From Utricularia gibba (lineage: Eukaryota > Plantae > Magnoliophyta), in contig CM007989.1 of NCBI GenBank assembly GCA_002189035.1, positions 3,596,001 to 3,660,000 on the forward strand: a stretch of 64,000 bases of DNA. Reading direction: 5' to 3'. Below, one piece after another: positions 13,939 to 27,149 of the stretch. Numbering within the stretch: position 1 is the stretch's first letter; each line of letters starts with the position of its first letter. The notes under the pieces were generated by a model. The model saw nothing but the letters and a program-made list of their open reading frames with translations, was not told where the DNA came from and searched no databases. Both the position numbers and the translations under genes were made by a program.

Positions 13939-16900
13939 TCAAGATGAGGCCTTAGCTTTCATCTTTTGCTTCTTGACATCCAAAGAAGCCAGTCCCGAAC
14001 CTAAACCAACCGGAGATTGATCCTGTTGATGAGCTTTGGGTTGAACCTTTTCCGTGTCCTGTAAACCATTTGATGTATGCTCTCTTGATTCATCATTTGG
14101 TACATCAGCTGCTTTGTCGCTAGGTGCAGCATCTGGCACAGCACCCGTGTTGATGATATTGAGAAGCTGTTGGGTGAGTGGTGGGAGAGTCTGAACTGGT
14201 ACGCCATGGGGTCGAATGATGAGGCCCCTGGCTGCTGCTTTCTTTCGCATTTCTGCGGCAGCTCGGGCGCCTCTCTCATCAACACCCCTCCCACGGGGTA
14301 ACCCATCGCTGGCGATCCCATTGAATGATCTGTTTGCTGACCCAGGGTTGCCAGTGCCCCCAGCAACCGCAGCAGCTTGAAAAGCTTGGATCAAGTCTGG
14401 GTGCGCCTGTCCCACATGCACAAATTTATCATTACATGGTTTATGATGTAACAGGAAGATCACGTTGCCGCAATCAGAAGCACATTTTTAAGATGACTAC
14501 TTCCCTCGTGCTTTTAGCATCTCCAGAATGATCATGCGATATGAATGTATTCTTACCTTAAGTATATCAATCGCTTTTTGTGCAGAAACAGTCTCTAGAG
14601 AGCCCTTCTGCTTCTGCGCGTTATTCTGTGAATTCATGGAATTAGTAGAAGAAACTCCATAGCATATACAAGAAGGGGGGAATTTTTAACAATAATCAAC
14701 GAATCTCACTTGCAGCTCGCGCATCTTAAATTGTTTCATCCAGTTCAGAGACTCCTTGGTCCTGGAATCCTCCTCACCCAATTGTTTTAGGAGAATGTCG
14801 TATGTTCGCTTTTCATGCTGAGAAAACGAAACATGAAGCAGTCATTAATATGCAAAACCATGTCAAACTCAACAGAAGTAAGGCTTCGCACATACCTGAA
14901 GAGACAGCTTGTACGCACCCATACAATTAAATGCAATTGCTAAAGCATGATAGCACACGGCAGTTTGGATGTGTTCCTCTCCAAGGAGTCGTTCATTCAT
15001 TTTCAATGCCTCTTGCAAATATCGAAGGGCCGTATCCATCTTCCCGATGTCTTGATACATCATGGCAACGTTTATGAAAGTAGCAGCAACATCAGGGTGA
15101 TCTGGGCCAGATGATGAGCTTAGCAGAAGCAAAGCTCGGGACATATGCTGCAATGCTAGCTCTGTCTGGTTGAGTCCATGATAGAAGAGAGCCATATTTC
15201 CATAACTGCAACACAATTTCCACCTTAGGGCAGGAATACGTTAAAGGCCAACGATGCAGAACAGAGGAGATTTCATTCTATTTCAGGGCTCTAGTTTACT
15301 TGATCACGAGTTGGATCAAGAGTTTCATAAAATGAAGATGGAAATAGATGTCATTGTTTCGTTCACACGCCAAAGGCCAAAAGCTATTATGAGACAGATT
15401 CCGCTAGAAGCAATGAACGAGTTAATGCAAGGACAATCTGAGAGGGAGAGAGATTTTGCCTGTGAGCAGTGTCCGGGTGATCAAGTCCAAGACAGCGTTC
15501 GTTTATGATTAGCTCCTTGTGCTGTTGCATTATGGCTCCTGCCATATCTCCAGCATGATAAAGGACCATGGCTAGGTAGCTGTATCATTGAAAGACGTCG
15601 GAGCAAACACAGGGTGTAAGTTATTTGCAAACCAAAAAATATGGAATGCAAGAGGAATGGCGAAAAAAAAAAAATGGTACTTACCGGCAGCAATTTGCAA
15701 CCTCTCCATGCATCGGACCTGTGACCTGCATTTGTTTTATTTTTTTACTTTTGGAAAGGGGGTTTTATAGATGGTTACCATCAAGAAATCACACCAAAAT
15801 ATATGGGCTTTCACCGACCTGCTGAAGCATTGAAAAAGCTTCCGAAAACAGAGCGTATGCCTCACTCAGCATCCCCTGATAAACAGAAAAAAGGATGAAA
15901 ATAACTCTCTGAACTTGATCCATCTGGTTATGCCATATTTTAAATTTCATAGCATGATTATCACTCGGATATTTTTAAACTGCCATGTGCTTTATAAGTA
16001 AGTTGTCTAAAAATATATGATACGATGATGCATATAACTTATCCACATTGTCATTGGAGCATTCTTTTATAGTAAAATAAAGCATATCTTACTTCGGCCA
16101 ACTGAACTTTTCCAGTTTCCAACAGGTTTTTGGCTTCTGAACAAACAGGGATGGAATGCTTCACAACTGGCTGGACATTCAATATATCAGACACTTGGAA
16201 AGGTGCAGGTGCCTCAAAATCGTATTTACGAGCCGCAACAGTGATTCCAATCTGTGAAGAATCATTGGAAGACACGCATGAAAATATGCACAGATTTTAT
16301 AGTGCAGACTACTATATATCATGATCCACATTTCAGATCATAGCCTGAATTATGCTTCTGATTTGACTCTTATAGCAAAAAAATCTCAATCCAAAGACAG
16401 GTACAGTCATTATGACAAACCCGATGTCAAAGTGTGCCAAGTTTTTGAAGGGATGGTGGATATGACAGTAAAGTTAGCTGAATTCGATTTAGATTTTTCT
16501 TTTTCATTTTAGCGGTAAATGACAAACTCAACATAAACGCTACCTTTTGACAAATATTTCTCACAACAGAGATTTTTTTCACACGCTGCCTTGCATCTTC
16601 TGGCAATTCAAACTGCAAAAAATATTTGTTAAAGAGTAACAATCTTGAGAAATGAAGTACCGCAGAAAAAAGTCATCATAGACCACGTACCTGATATTTG
16701 GCTAGTGAAAACTCTTCAATATCGGACCATAAACTATCCGAGCTCATACTTAAATACAAAGACTGTTTTTTCCTCACAAATCCCCATCTCTTAGCTTGGA
16801 CTGTCCTTTTACGGACCTTCTTGTACCATTATGTCCTGAATGAACCTGTAAAATTGGAATTTCAGAAAAACCCTGTCCATGCTGGTTGGCGTGATAATTT

Positions 16901-19900
16901 AATCAAAAACCAAAAACGCATCTCCAACCATGTGCATGCTATCGGAATAAATTGAGTAAATAAAAATATAAAGAACAGAGGATCACAGAACGTATCTAAA
17001 ATTGGGATAAATTTTCAAAAGCCCCTTCACTGAGTTCCAAAGTTAAGCATGTTGACTACCTTTTTTTGATTTTTTGATTGTGAGCCGTTTGCAGAACCTT
17101 TCCCAGAAATAGCCTGAGCATTTCCTAAGAAGCAGTTGAAAAAATGTGAAAGTGCATGACCAAGATCGTGGTCCTCAGTATCCCTTAGTATATCCTGCAA
17201 AATTCAAAACAAAGGGATGAGAAACAACTTGACAATATTGACAATGTTAAGGTAGTTCAGATTTTTCATTGAAAAAAAAAAGCTGCACGAACTGAGTCCA
17301 GAATCCCAGTGAGCGTGAAAACATATAAACAAAAACCTGATGGGAAGAACAGCGCAACTGTTATTATAATATTTACCCTAACAATATGCTTGGAAGATCT
17401 GACAACAATTTCATTGGAGCACAAATCCCATAAGTGGGGCATAGTTCTTGTCCCTTCCGCAATCTAAATGAATAATACATATATGAAGTTGAATTAATTT
17501 AAAAAACCATTGAAATTCAAGCAAATCCAGGACAAAAAATGGGATTCAAACTGATGAGGATCTCTCTCTTACTTTTCCAATATAGCGAATGTTAATACCA
17601 TGTGCATGAAGTGCTTCAGTTAAAGTTTGTCCATCCATTGGAGAGACTTCAAGACTGCAAAGATCCTGTATAAATTTAGGAATTACCACGTCTTTCAGAT
17701 GTAGACTTGCTCTTCGCACATTTTCCTCATCTGCCGTGATCTCCTGTAATAATGCAATTTCTATATAAATGTCTCAGAGAAAAATTGATCTTTCCCAAAA
17801 TTTTACCTCTTGATCTCCAGCAAGCTTAACTTCTGTAAAGACATTTGGATTGAAGAGTATATCCTTCGTTTTATCTACAGGATTATCATGATGACCCCGT
17901 TCCTGAAAGTTACATTGTTCAACCTTTTAATGAAAACATGGGGAACTATGAATAGCTTATTGCCCTTCGACAAATGAACCATTTCTGACAATCAAATCAG
18001 GACCTCTTATTAAAAATCAAAGAGCATTTCAATAGGAATTCATTGGGGAAAAAACCTCTGATCCACTAGCTCCATTGGTCGCTTGTTTTGTCTCAGTTTC
18101 CACTTCTACAGAGCTGCTAGCATTTGCAGTAATATCACTTTCTGATTGGACCTGATCCTTGTGTTTCTCAGATACTTCAGCCTTTTCATGATAAAAAAAA
18201 AAGGTTAGATCACATTTAATTGTCGAACAAGTGGACAGAAGAAGATTCACCTGGCAAAAGGCAGATATTAGTTCAGGTCTCAAAATGCAAAATCTGGAAT
18301 TTGGACCAGTATAATTTGCATCACGAGGAGTGATCCTCATTAGATCCAAAAGATAGTGCCTGGGTATAAAACAGTTTCATTAAGTTAATGCAGAAGGCTG
18401 AGGTCATGAGACTGCATCACATTCAGGGAGCCTGAGAGAATTAGAACATAAAATAAACTACGTGACGAGATTATAAAATCAACCCAGATTGTTTCCGGAC
18501 AATACAGCTGATGCTCAGACACATAAATATGCAAAAGGTTAGAGTACCAACTAGAAATGATAATTATAACATTAAACTGATATCAAACAATTGGAGAGAT
18601 CAAGATAAATATAAACAGATAACACGTTTCACCTGTCATCACTGCCAATAATGCCCTTGCACTCAACTGGAGCAGCTAACTTGAAGACATTCCCAGATCC
18701 ATCAAGCACGCAATGCTCCTTCAGATGTAGATGTTTCGCAGCTTCTAGTACCTACGTGATAGTTTCAGGCTGTGATCAGAAACTATGATGAGGAAAATTA
18801 AAAAATGGTCATCTGTAACATCAGTTTCTACCCTTGAATGGAAATCATCCGACCAGCATATTTTCCTGCCATTGTCTACAGAGCCATACAAAAGCGAGTC
18901 TGACTTGTCACCTTGAAGGATCCCTGGTAGTACACTCTGACAACAGGCGAAAAGTAGGCATAAATAGCACAAAAGATTGGATGCAGAAACAAAAACAAAA
19001 ATAGCTCCAAATCAGCACATACAAAAGTAGACGCATGCTATGATCTGATGCTCAAAATGGTGAAATTAATTTTCTTAGAGGGTAAAAAATGGCATGAAAC
19101 TAGTGAGATAAGAATCTGAAAGATACAAAAAGTTAATTGCGCCATTATCCAGATGAGGCATCTATTTTGTTAAATTCCAAATTCAATACTGGGTGAAATG
19201 CACCCTAGGAATGCAGGTAAATTCACCTGGGCAACAACCCGATGGCCTCTATAATCAATTATGGCCATTGCAAGATTGTACAAGCCGGAGATGTCTGCTT
19301 CCTGAAAGGCCTTAGTCCCTCTCAGGTCATTGTTAGAGCTTGCATATGTTGCTTGCTCACTTTCAGTCATCTGGGCCTCAGCAGGAATATCCTCGCTGGG
19401 TGAATGACTAATGGCAGCATTCCTCTCCACATTTAAAACAGCAGATTCATCAACGAATGGTAATCCAGAAGCTTCATGCGGCAGACCATCTTGTGACTTG
19501 TCAGAATGATTCTGAGACAAATTTGTGGAGGCAACTTTAAGATTTTCCTCTAATCCCTGCTTCTTGGATGACAGCTCAAGGTCCGCATCAACAGCAAAAC
19601 TGAAGAATATGTTGTTATGGACGTACCTAAAACAAAAAGAAACAGTTCACACAGCTATTAGTAGCAGCAGAAGCTTAACACCCAGAAAAATGTTCATAAA
19701 ATCTGTCCTCGTTGAAACAAATCCACTTTCAAACTAAAAAATCCCATATTTTTCCATGGGTACTCACATATGAAAGCACTCTGGATCAGTTGGATTAATA
19801 GGTGGAATACATCTGCTTATTACTCCAATAGCACCTTTAGTTGCAGCCTCAACAAAATCAGAGGTCACTTTGTACAAGGCCCTGTTTCTTAAGATCCTGA

Positions 19901-22398
19901 ACAAAGGGAAATAGTATCAACACAAAAACACCAGCATTTAGCATGCAGACAATGTAGTTTCTTGTATATCCCAGTGTGCACCTTTCCTGGTGGCTAGCAT
20001 GTGGGAACTCTCGGCAGGATTGCAGTTCCTCGTTCCAGTCCCTCTGCATGCCAATCAGCTCACTTCCAAAAGTTAGCGTCAATGAGTTTTCAGCTCTTGA
20101 TGCATCACGTTTGTGATCTGATATCGCCATCACAAGTTAAAAAGCGACAAGTCATTATCATATGTCATTATTTGTACTGATTACCGGTTATCTATTAATG
20201 CATATACATCATATCAGGAGGCCATCCTCAAGTCATCTTAGAAAAGCATGTGGTGCTAGTTATCAGGAAAAAACATTGACGCACCAGGGATGGGACATAA
20301 TCCAAGCCATGAATTGGGAGGCAAAAGAGTCTGAACATTCTCAAATGGATGAGCAGATGCCTTGCGCTCTAGTATTTCACGAAAAGCTGAAAACACATTC
20401 GAGAAAATAAAGATTTCGGCAATGAGCTATTCCCAATATTTCAACAAAAATTGTCACCTTTCTTAAATTTTGGGCTAATCTTTTGTAGAAGGCCAACAAG
20501 GGATGTTGCTTCTAATGAAGCCTTATTTGGCCTTGGATCAAGAATGTTCCCAGTACTTGAATTTACATAAAAAGAATTTGTAGTTCCTGTAATACAATAT
20601 TTACTTCCTTCAACGGTTGCTATATCCAGATAAATCAGGTCTCCAGAAAGCCTGATTTCAACCAAAAGAAGTAAGATTAGAAAACCCACACCATTAAATT
20701 CATGTAAAATAACAGAAAATTAAAACTCAATGCAACACATGAATAAAAACAACCTTCTGTAGCTAGGAGGTGGATTGAATGAAGAGAAAACAATGGATTC
20801 AACACTCCTAATCTCCTTGGATGGCGAAGAAAGTAAATTATTGAGTGCGCCAGAAGCATTTTCTTTAAGTAACAGGCTGTCCAGTTCTTGCACTTCAGTT
20901 TTCGCTGCATCTTCATACAGAAATGGAAAATAAAGTTAACTATAAACTCATTAAAGAAATTCAGAAAATATAGGAAGACTAAGAGGGAACAACAACAAAA
21001 AAAAAACAATTCAAAAAGAAGAATCAGAGTTGTTAGACAAAGAGTCACAGACCTCCCGTGCCTGAAGGTGGCATTTTCTTAGTTTCATGTTGAAGTGCCA
21101 GTGTTGTAGACAAAGATGAGTGAAAAGTTGCAATTGAAAGCAATTCCCTAGTACGCTGAACATGAGCCCTGATAGATCTATCATCATAGAGAGCTGCAAG
21201 TAATTTCCAGGATTTCAGAATTTTTTTGGCCATTCAGGATCCTCTTAAAAGTAACTAAAAACATTACACAGACCAGAGATCATCTCCAAAAAACAGCTCC
21301 CACTAGTAATATCTGCAACTTCTGAAATGTCATTGTAGTCTTCAAGAATATGCGAACCTCCATCCTTTGTATGTAGCACTAGATCGTAGCAAGTAATGAA
21401 GCATGTTTCAGGGGCATCAAGAAGAAACTGCCGAACATCCATGACAGAATCCCCAGGGCTTAACTGCAAATGCCATTTAAATTTACCTTGAAAAATTTCC
21501 GAGGATGTAAAAGATGAATTCATAAATAATATGTGAAAAAAAAAAGAAAAATGCAAGCTTTCGGCTTCAGATGGTGAAATAATTTCAGGAGCTATAGTTC
21601 CTTGTTTCTTTATTCAGGATAACTCGACTCAAGATATCAGCTTACTTGCAATTCAAGCTTTTCTCCTCCAGGTGTTTTAACAGAAACAGGATAAAGATGA
21701 ATGTCATCTGCAAACAGAAAGAAACATGTACTGTCAGTAATAGTGAACAAGTTTTGGGTACCAAATGAGGACAGTAATAAAAGTCTTTGTCAAATATGTC
21801 TGGGAAGATTAACCAGGCACAGAAATTGATGTCAGAGATGGAACTCAAAAACGCAATGCGTCCTCAATACTCCCTGAGGTATTTGAAGTTTGGGTCTAGT
21901 AATTGAAGATTGCAAGGCCAAAACACTAGTTAACTACTTGAAAAAACCATAATTTTCCCTGAGGTATTAATTTAAAAAACAAATGGAAAAGCATAAGATG
22001 ACAATGAAAAGTAAAAGATATGTGGTTTCATGTTCATTCCCCTGTAAATATTACAGCAACTAATCCACTAATCCGATTCATTGCAGAATTCAAAATGTGT
22101 CACTCAAGTTTGAAGTGACAATAAAGTCGCAAAGCAACAGGGGCAACCCTAAAAAGATTTAACTTTACTGAATCTAAATGGATAAATCATCATGAAATCC
22201 ACCTTGCTTTGCTGAAGTCTGTTCCGATGCAATACCATTCTCTTTTTCCTTAGAATTTACATCAATAACGCCATTTGCAGGAGAAGCAGCTGAATTTTCA
22301 GGCAACGTGGTATCAGAAGAGGGAGCCTGTTCCGAAGGGTTGACAGCAGCATGCTGTGATCCCTTACGATTCCTGCCCCGATTCACTTTCCCAGCCAT
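13939..22398 (-). CDS. FMT: Clustered mitochondria protein (CLU/FRIENDLY) with CLU domains and C-terminal TPRs; apparent frameshift at 16782-16785
   Basis: Start [13 protein letters not shown]. Conserved blocks [79 protein letters not shown] and [42 protein letters not shown]-terminus [10 protein letters not shown]...[10 protein letters not shown]. Confidence 0.95.
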
Positions 22399-23555
22399 CC
22401 TCTAAACCCTGAAAAGCATGCTTCAAAATTACAGTAAAGCTACGCCCAACACACACAAGTATATACCAAAATGCAAAGAAGTAAACCATACAAAAAAATA
22501 GCACGAAGAAATAAACACCTGGCCCCTACTATCAAAGCCAAATCATAAACACCGATCACTTCACACCTGCTAACCATCCAAGAGTTCACAGCTTCTTACT
22601 TGCGAACATTGTATGATGCATCCGCACGAAAAAAAAACATACCATGATTGCTCTCAACCTAATTTAATTATAATAAATAACGAAACACAAAGTTAACGAT
22701 GTAGAAGCTCAATTCATTCCACGATACAACGCTACCTCTGAGAACAAAGAACGAGGATTGAGAATCCGAATCCGATCGTTCGATAAAACTACGACAAAAC
22801 TTCAAAATGCAGAGGCTGTAAAAATCATATCGGCCGACTGTAAATTGAAGATTTCTGGAGTTTTCTATGAACCGAAGCAGTAGCAGCAGCAAAAACCAAC
22901 AAAAGACGGCTGGCGATTGCTTCAATGTAAAACCCATTTTTTGCAAGGTTTTATTGCGGTATAGAAATTAGGGGTAAATGCGTAATTGCACATTAATCTT
23001 TGGCTAGATCAAGGGTTTCATTTCAGGGTTTTAACTATATTTAACGAACCACTTTATATTCAAGGTCACCGTTGGGACGGCAGACGGCGGAGCCGTCGTG
23101 CAAATACCGGGAATCGACGGAGAGTGATTATTATCTGGAAGATGATATTGTTACCGGTTAAGGTAAGTGAAATCGTTTTGGATTGTGTGAAATGCGGATA
23201 GGTGAAAAAAACAAAAAGCAAGCAGCCTGTGATGTGATTGGGATCCCTGGTAATTAATTAAGCTTTTATGATGGTGCAGTGTAGTGTAGATCATGTTGAG
23301 ATTTGGACTTGTGAGTAGTTAGCATTAATTGGTTGTGCAGTGGAATGTGAGTGATGGACCATCATACCTGTTCATGGAGAATGGGGCTCTGGTTTTTGAG
23401 TCATGGACTCCAAACTCTTGAAGATTCAGTGGCTGAATACATTGGAAATCAGGTTGGTCCCCTCCTGGATTTCCACAGCTTAAAGATTTCCTCTTTCCTT
23501 CTCTTCAGTGATTGATCAAAGGCCATCATCAGCGTAGAGGTTTCTTCAATGAAGT

Positions 23556-23966
23556 TTGTTATATTGGAATGGCAGTCGGAGCAGCTACCTTCCATCTCTA
23601 TACCCCATCCCTGTCGCGTTGATTATTTCATTGGTTTCATGTCACTTTTCTGAAAACCATGGGGAACTGCTCGACTGTGCCAACTATCTCGAATGTAGCA
23701 GAACAGGTGTGTGCTCCACCGGTTTCCTTGCCGGATCCAGCCCGGATGACTTCTACGGTGTCAGCCCTGTCCATGGATACGACATGTCAACCATGCCATC
23801 CCGTGGCTCCGACAACTGCTCCACTGTCAGCTGCGCCTTCAACTTGAACCCGGATTGCCCTGCAAATCTCCAAGTTACAGAGAGTGGTGTGGTTGCAGCC
23901 TGCAAGAGCGCATGCTTGGCTTTTAAGGGACTGCAACAATCTCCATGTTTGCTCCATGGCATATAG
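23556..23966 (+). pseudogene. Degenerate thaumatin-like (PR-5) gene fragment
   Basis: DDFYGVSPVHGYDMSTMPSRGSDNCSTVSCAFNLNPDCPANLQVTESGVVAACKSACLAF aligns by eye to the thaumatin core DFYDVSLVDGYN...C...C..DLN..CP..L......ACKSAC. The N-terminal half, signal peptide and C-terminal Cys-rich part are missing. Confidence 0.7.
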
Positions 23967-24161
23967 CCATCCTGCAGAGAGGCTAACTGTTTGATCATAT
24001 CCCTTCCTAGAAAATAAGAAGGAGCCTGTGAAACGAACAAACTGAATCATTTAAAAGATATGGCTCTGATCAGAGTATTGTATGGTTTGAATATTTGAAG
24101 GCTATCTCTATTGTTGAATGAATGCTTGCAACCAGAAGACACACCAACGAAAATATGAATC

Positions 24162-24942
24162 CTATACGGATGCACAGCAACTGAGCTTGTTTCCACCAGT
24201 TTTGGGCTCCTGCCCAGGAATCACAATGTTGCTTCCCTTCAACAGTGCTTCCTTTCCATTCGATTCCACTTGGCTCGCGACCAGTGACTTCTTGCCGATC
24301 ACCTTAAGAATCTCGGAAAGAAGTGTGAAGAAAGCAGGCTCCACATTAGTCGCTTCTAGAGCTGATGTTTCCATGAAGAAAAGGCCCTCGCCCTCGGCGA
24401 AATCTTTCGCTTCTTGCGTCGACACTTGCCGGAGAGTCCCCAGATCGGATTTATTCCCCACAAGCATGATAACAACGTTCTTCTCAGCATGGACCCTGAA
24501 CTGCTCTAGCCATCTGGCGACATGTTCAAAAGTATGGCGCTTGGTGATATCATAAACCAGCAAAGCCCCCACCGCTCCTCTGTAATAAGCACTAGTGACA
24601 GCCCGATATCTGAAACCAACGAAGTTTCCCAAACACGAGATAAGGAATCAGAAATCTGACAAACAACTCCAAAAAGCAGCAGAAGCATGGTCCATTTCAA
24701 TGAAAGCAAGAGTTGGTCCACCTCTCCTGGCCGGCGGTGTCCCAAATCTGCGCCTTGATGGTCTTGGTGTTGATCCCGAGGGTCCGCGTCTGAAACTCGA
24801 CCCCGATTGTGGCCCTAGACTCGATGCTGAACTCATTCTTGGTGTACCTGGAGAGAAGCTGAGATTTCCCCACCGCGGAATCGCCGATGAGCACAATCTT
24901 GAAGACGTAGTCGATTCTAGTGCCGAAGTCGGTGGAATCCAT
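24162..24942 (-). CDS. RABA4: Rab11/RabA4-type small GTPase, 2 exons, 222 aa
   Basis: Exons 24942-24722 and 24609-24162. Motifs [22 protein letters not shown]|[21 protein letters not shown] and ETSAL. C-terminal CCASV prenylation motif. [19 protein letters not shown] is typical of RabA3/A4. Confidence 0.92.
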
Positions 24943-25427
24943 GGAAACAAGCCGCCGCCGTAAATGGTGTCAAAACTTTCTCAGATTGTCATCAATGGAA
25001 AGAACGCAGTGCAGCAACCATCGTGAAGTCACTCACTCACTCAACATCCGCGGTCCCCAAGACAGAAAAAAATTTAGGAAACGGTTAAAGACTACATAAA
25101 TTTGAATGACCGGCCCCGCCGGTCAGAGCTTGTCGGCCGGAGGACGACCACACCGTCATGGCCACCTCCTCTCTCTGTCCCACACAATTCAATATTAATT
25201 TTTTTTATTTAATATATGAAAAAAAAATGTATTTTCCATTTTGTAAATTGTATTTCTTTTAAGTAATAAAAAATATAGTCTAACTTTCTTATTCTCTTCT
25301 TCTTGAAGATGGAAATAAGGGTTCCAGAAAACACCATCAAAATTTATAATACAAAGTACAAAATGGCTTGTTGGGGGAGAGGAGGGTAATTTGAACTCCC
25401 TTCCGAGGAACCCGCGGCCGAAGTTGA

Positions 25428-27149
25428 TTAGTTGTCGTTGTTAGGGACTCGTTGCTTGGACATGCAGATGCACTTGGCCTTCGCATCCGTGAGGGTCTTT
25501 GTTGTTGAAAGCAAACAGTAAGAGTGTGAAACAAATGAATGGTTCAACCTGGGAGGCGGCTGTTGCCTTGTTGGGTTGGTTACCTGGAGTTGGTGCTGAA
25601 GGTCTTTGATGTACTCAACTGCCAAATCCAGCATATCGGCTGTACTGGTTTGCTGCAATAAATGTGGAAAGGTTGGGTGAACTACTCGAATCCTGAACTA
25701 GAATGGAAAGGGAGGTACTTGCTACCTTGTCCATATTGGGGAAAAGTTCTTGCAACTTCTTCATCTTCTCGCTGATTCTTGTTCGCCTCATCTGTGGGAG
25801 AAGCAGAAGCTTTTAAGGGGTTGTGCTCCACTGCCATGGCTGAAAGAGTCAAGTTTTGGCTTACCCTTTCCGCAATGCTTCGAGGATGGGTAGCGCAGCC
25901 TCGTTTTGCCCGCATTTGGCAAGGGGCAGCATCTGGATGGAACTGCAGGAATCTGATCCTATCGCTTTCTCCCTTTTCGGTTGAAGTTGTAGGCAAACTC
26001 AAATGGTGGATCAGCTTGGGGGAATTCCTTCCGGTTTCTGCAGTCTGGATACATGAATTGCCATCATCAGGTAACGCAAATTGGGAGTCTTTTAAACAGC
26101 AACAGCAACAGCAACAGCCACAGCCACTCACCTGGTTATGCACTTCATTGAAAGTGGAGAACATCTTCAGATTACCATCATGGTTTCTTTTCAGGCACTC
26201 AGTCCATGAGTCATGGGAGAAGGGAGCCTCAACATTCCTTGAGTGCTCGCTTTTTGAACCTCTGTTATCCGGTATATTTGGGATGATTCTGGGGCTCAAG
26301 GATGGACCAGAAAAGTTCAGTTGACTGCTGCTTACATCTGTAGCAGAAGAATTGGCTCTGTGAGCACCATAGTTTCCCACGTCTCCAATCAGACCACAAC
26401 CTGACGCATGGACAAGAGTTTTCCAAGATGCCATCAAAACAATCATTAGAGTTACAATAGCACATCACACATTCACACGGCCCTAAACGCACAGGATCCA
26501 AATTCAAAGCAAACAGAGGGAAGTAGGAAAAAAGTGAACTTAAAGTTATATCTCGAAGCTCCTACTTTTATCGCGCTTCATTCTCTACTACTTGAAGCAA
26601 TTCAACATAAAAGAAGAATGGGTGCAGTTCGAAAGATAGTAGCACTAAGAAGGAATAAAAAAGTTTCACCACTGAAGAATCCAGCAGGGGAACTATTTTG
26701 CCTGAGAAGATTTGGGTTTGATCCATTCCCACAGTTGGACCTCAGTTGAACTTGACGTTCCGTCCCCGATCCAGCACCGCCGCCTCCACTGCCTGCGCCG
26801 GTGTAGACGGTCAGCCCACTCGAGAACCCTGACCTTATCTCCGATTCAGCCCCGTGTCCTGCATCCCGAACTGCATCTGGCAACTATCATCACCTCCCTT
26901 GTGATTCAAATCAAGAGGCCCACTCCAAATTGCGGAGAAAAGAGCTTCGGATTCATCTCCACTGCTGCTATTATCCGCCGGGGAATCCATAAGCGCAGCA
27001 AGGAAAGATCTCGGGGCCGATCGATAACGCGGGAGCGGCGCGCTCTCCTGGTAGAAATCCACCTCAACCCCCCTGGAATTGTGCTTGTGAACATCGTTCG
27101 AGCTGGTGTTACTCGTCATCTCCCCTGCCAGAGTCCCCGACTTGAACAT
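25428..27149 (-). CDS. bHLH transcription factor of the FBH (bHLH122/128/130-like) group, 6 exons; apparent frameshift at 26850-26853
   Basis: Motifs RYRSAP, LLRQNSSPAGFF and HHLSLP. bHLH region CQMRAKRGCATHPRSIAER|MRRTRISEKMKKLQELFPNMDK|QTSTADMLDLAVEYIKDLQ. C-terminal AKCIC, stop 25428-25430. Start ATG 27149 is inferred. Confidence 0.92.

Noticed and set aside
23471-23480. TTCCACAGCT, matching the first 10 nt of miR396
   Set aside because: The match stops after 10 nt and there is no complementary star arm or hairpin.
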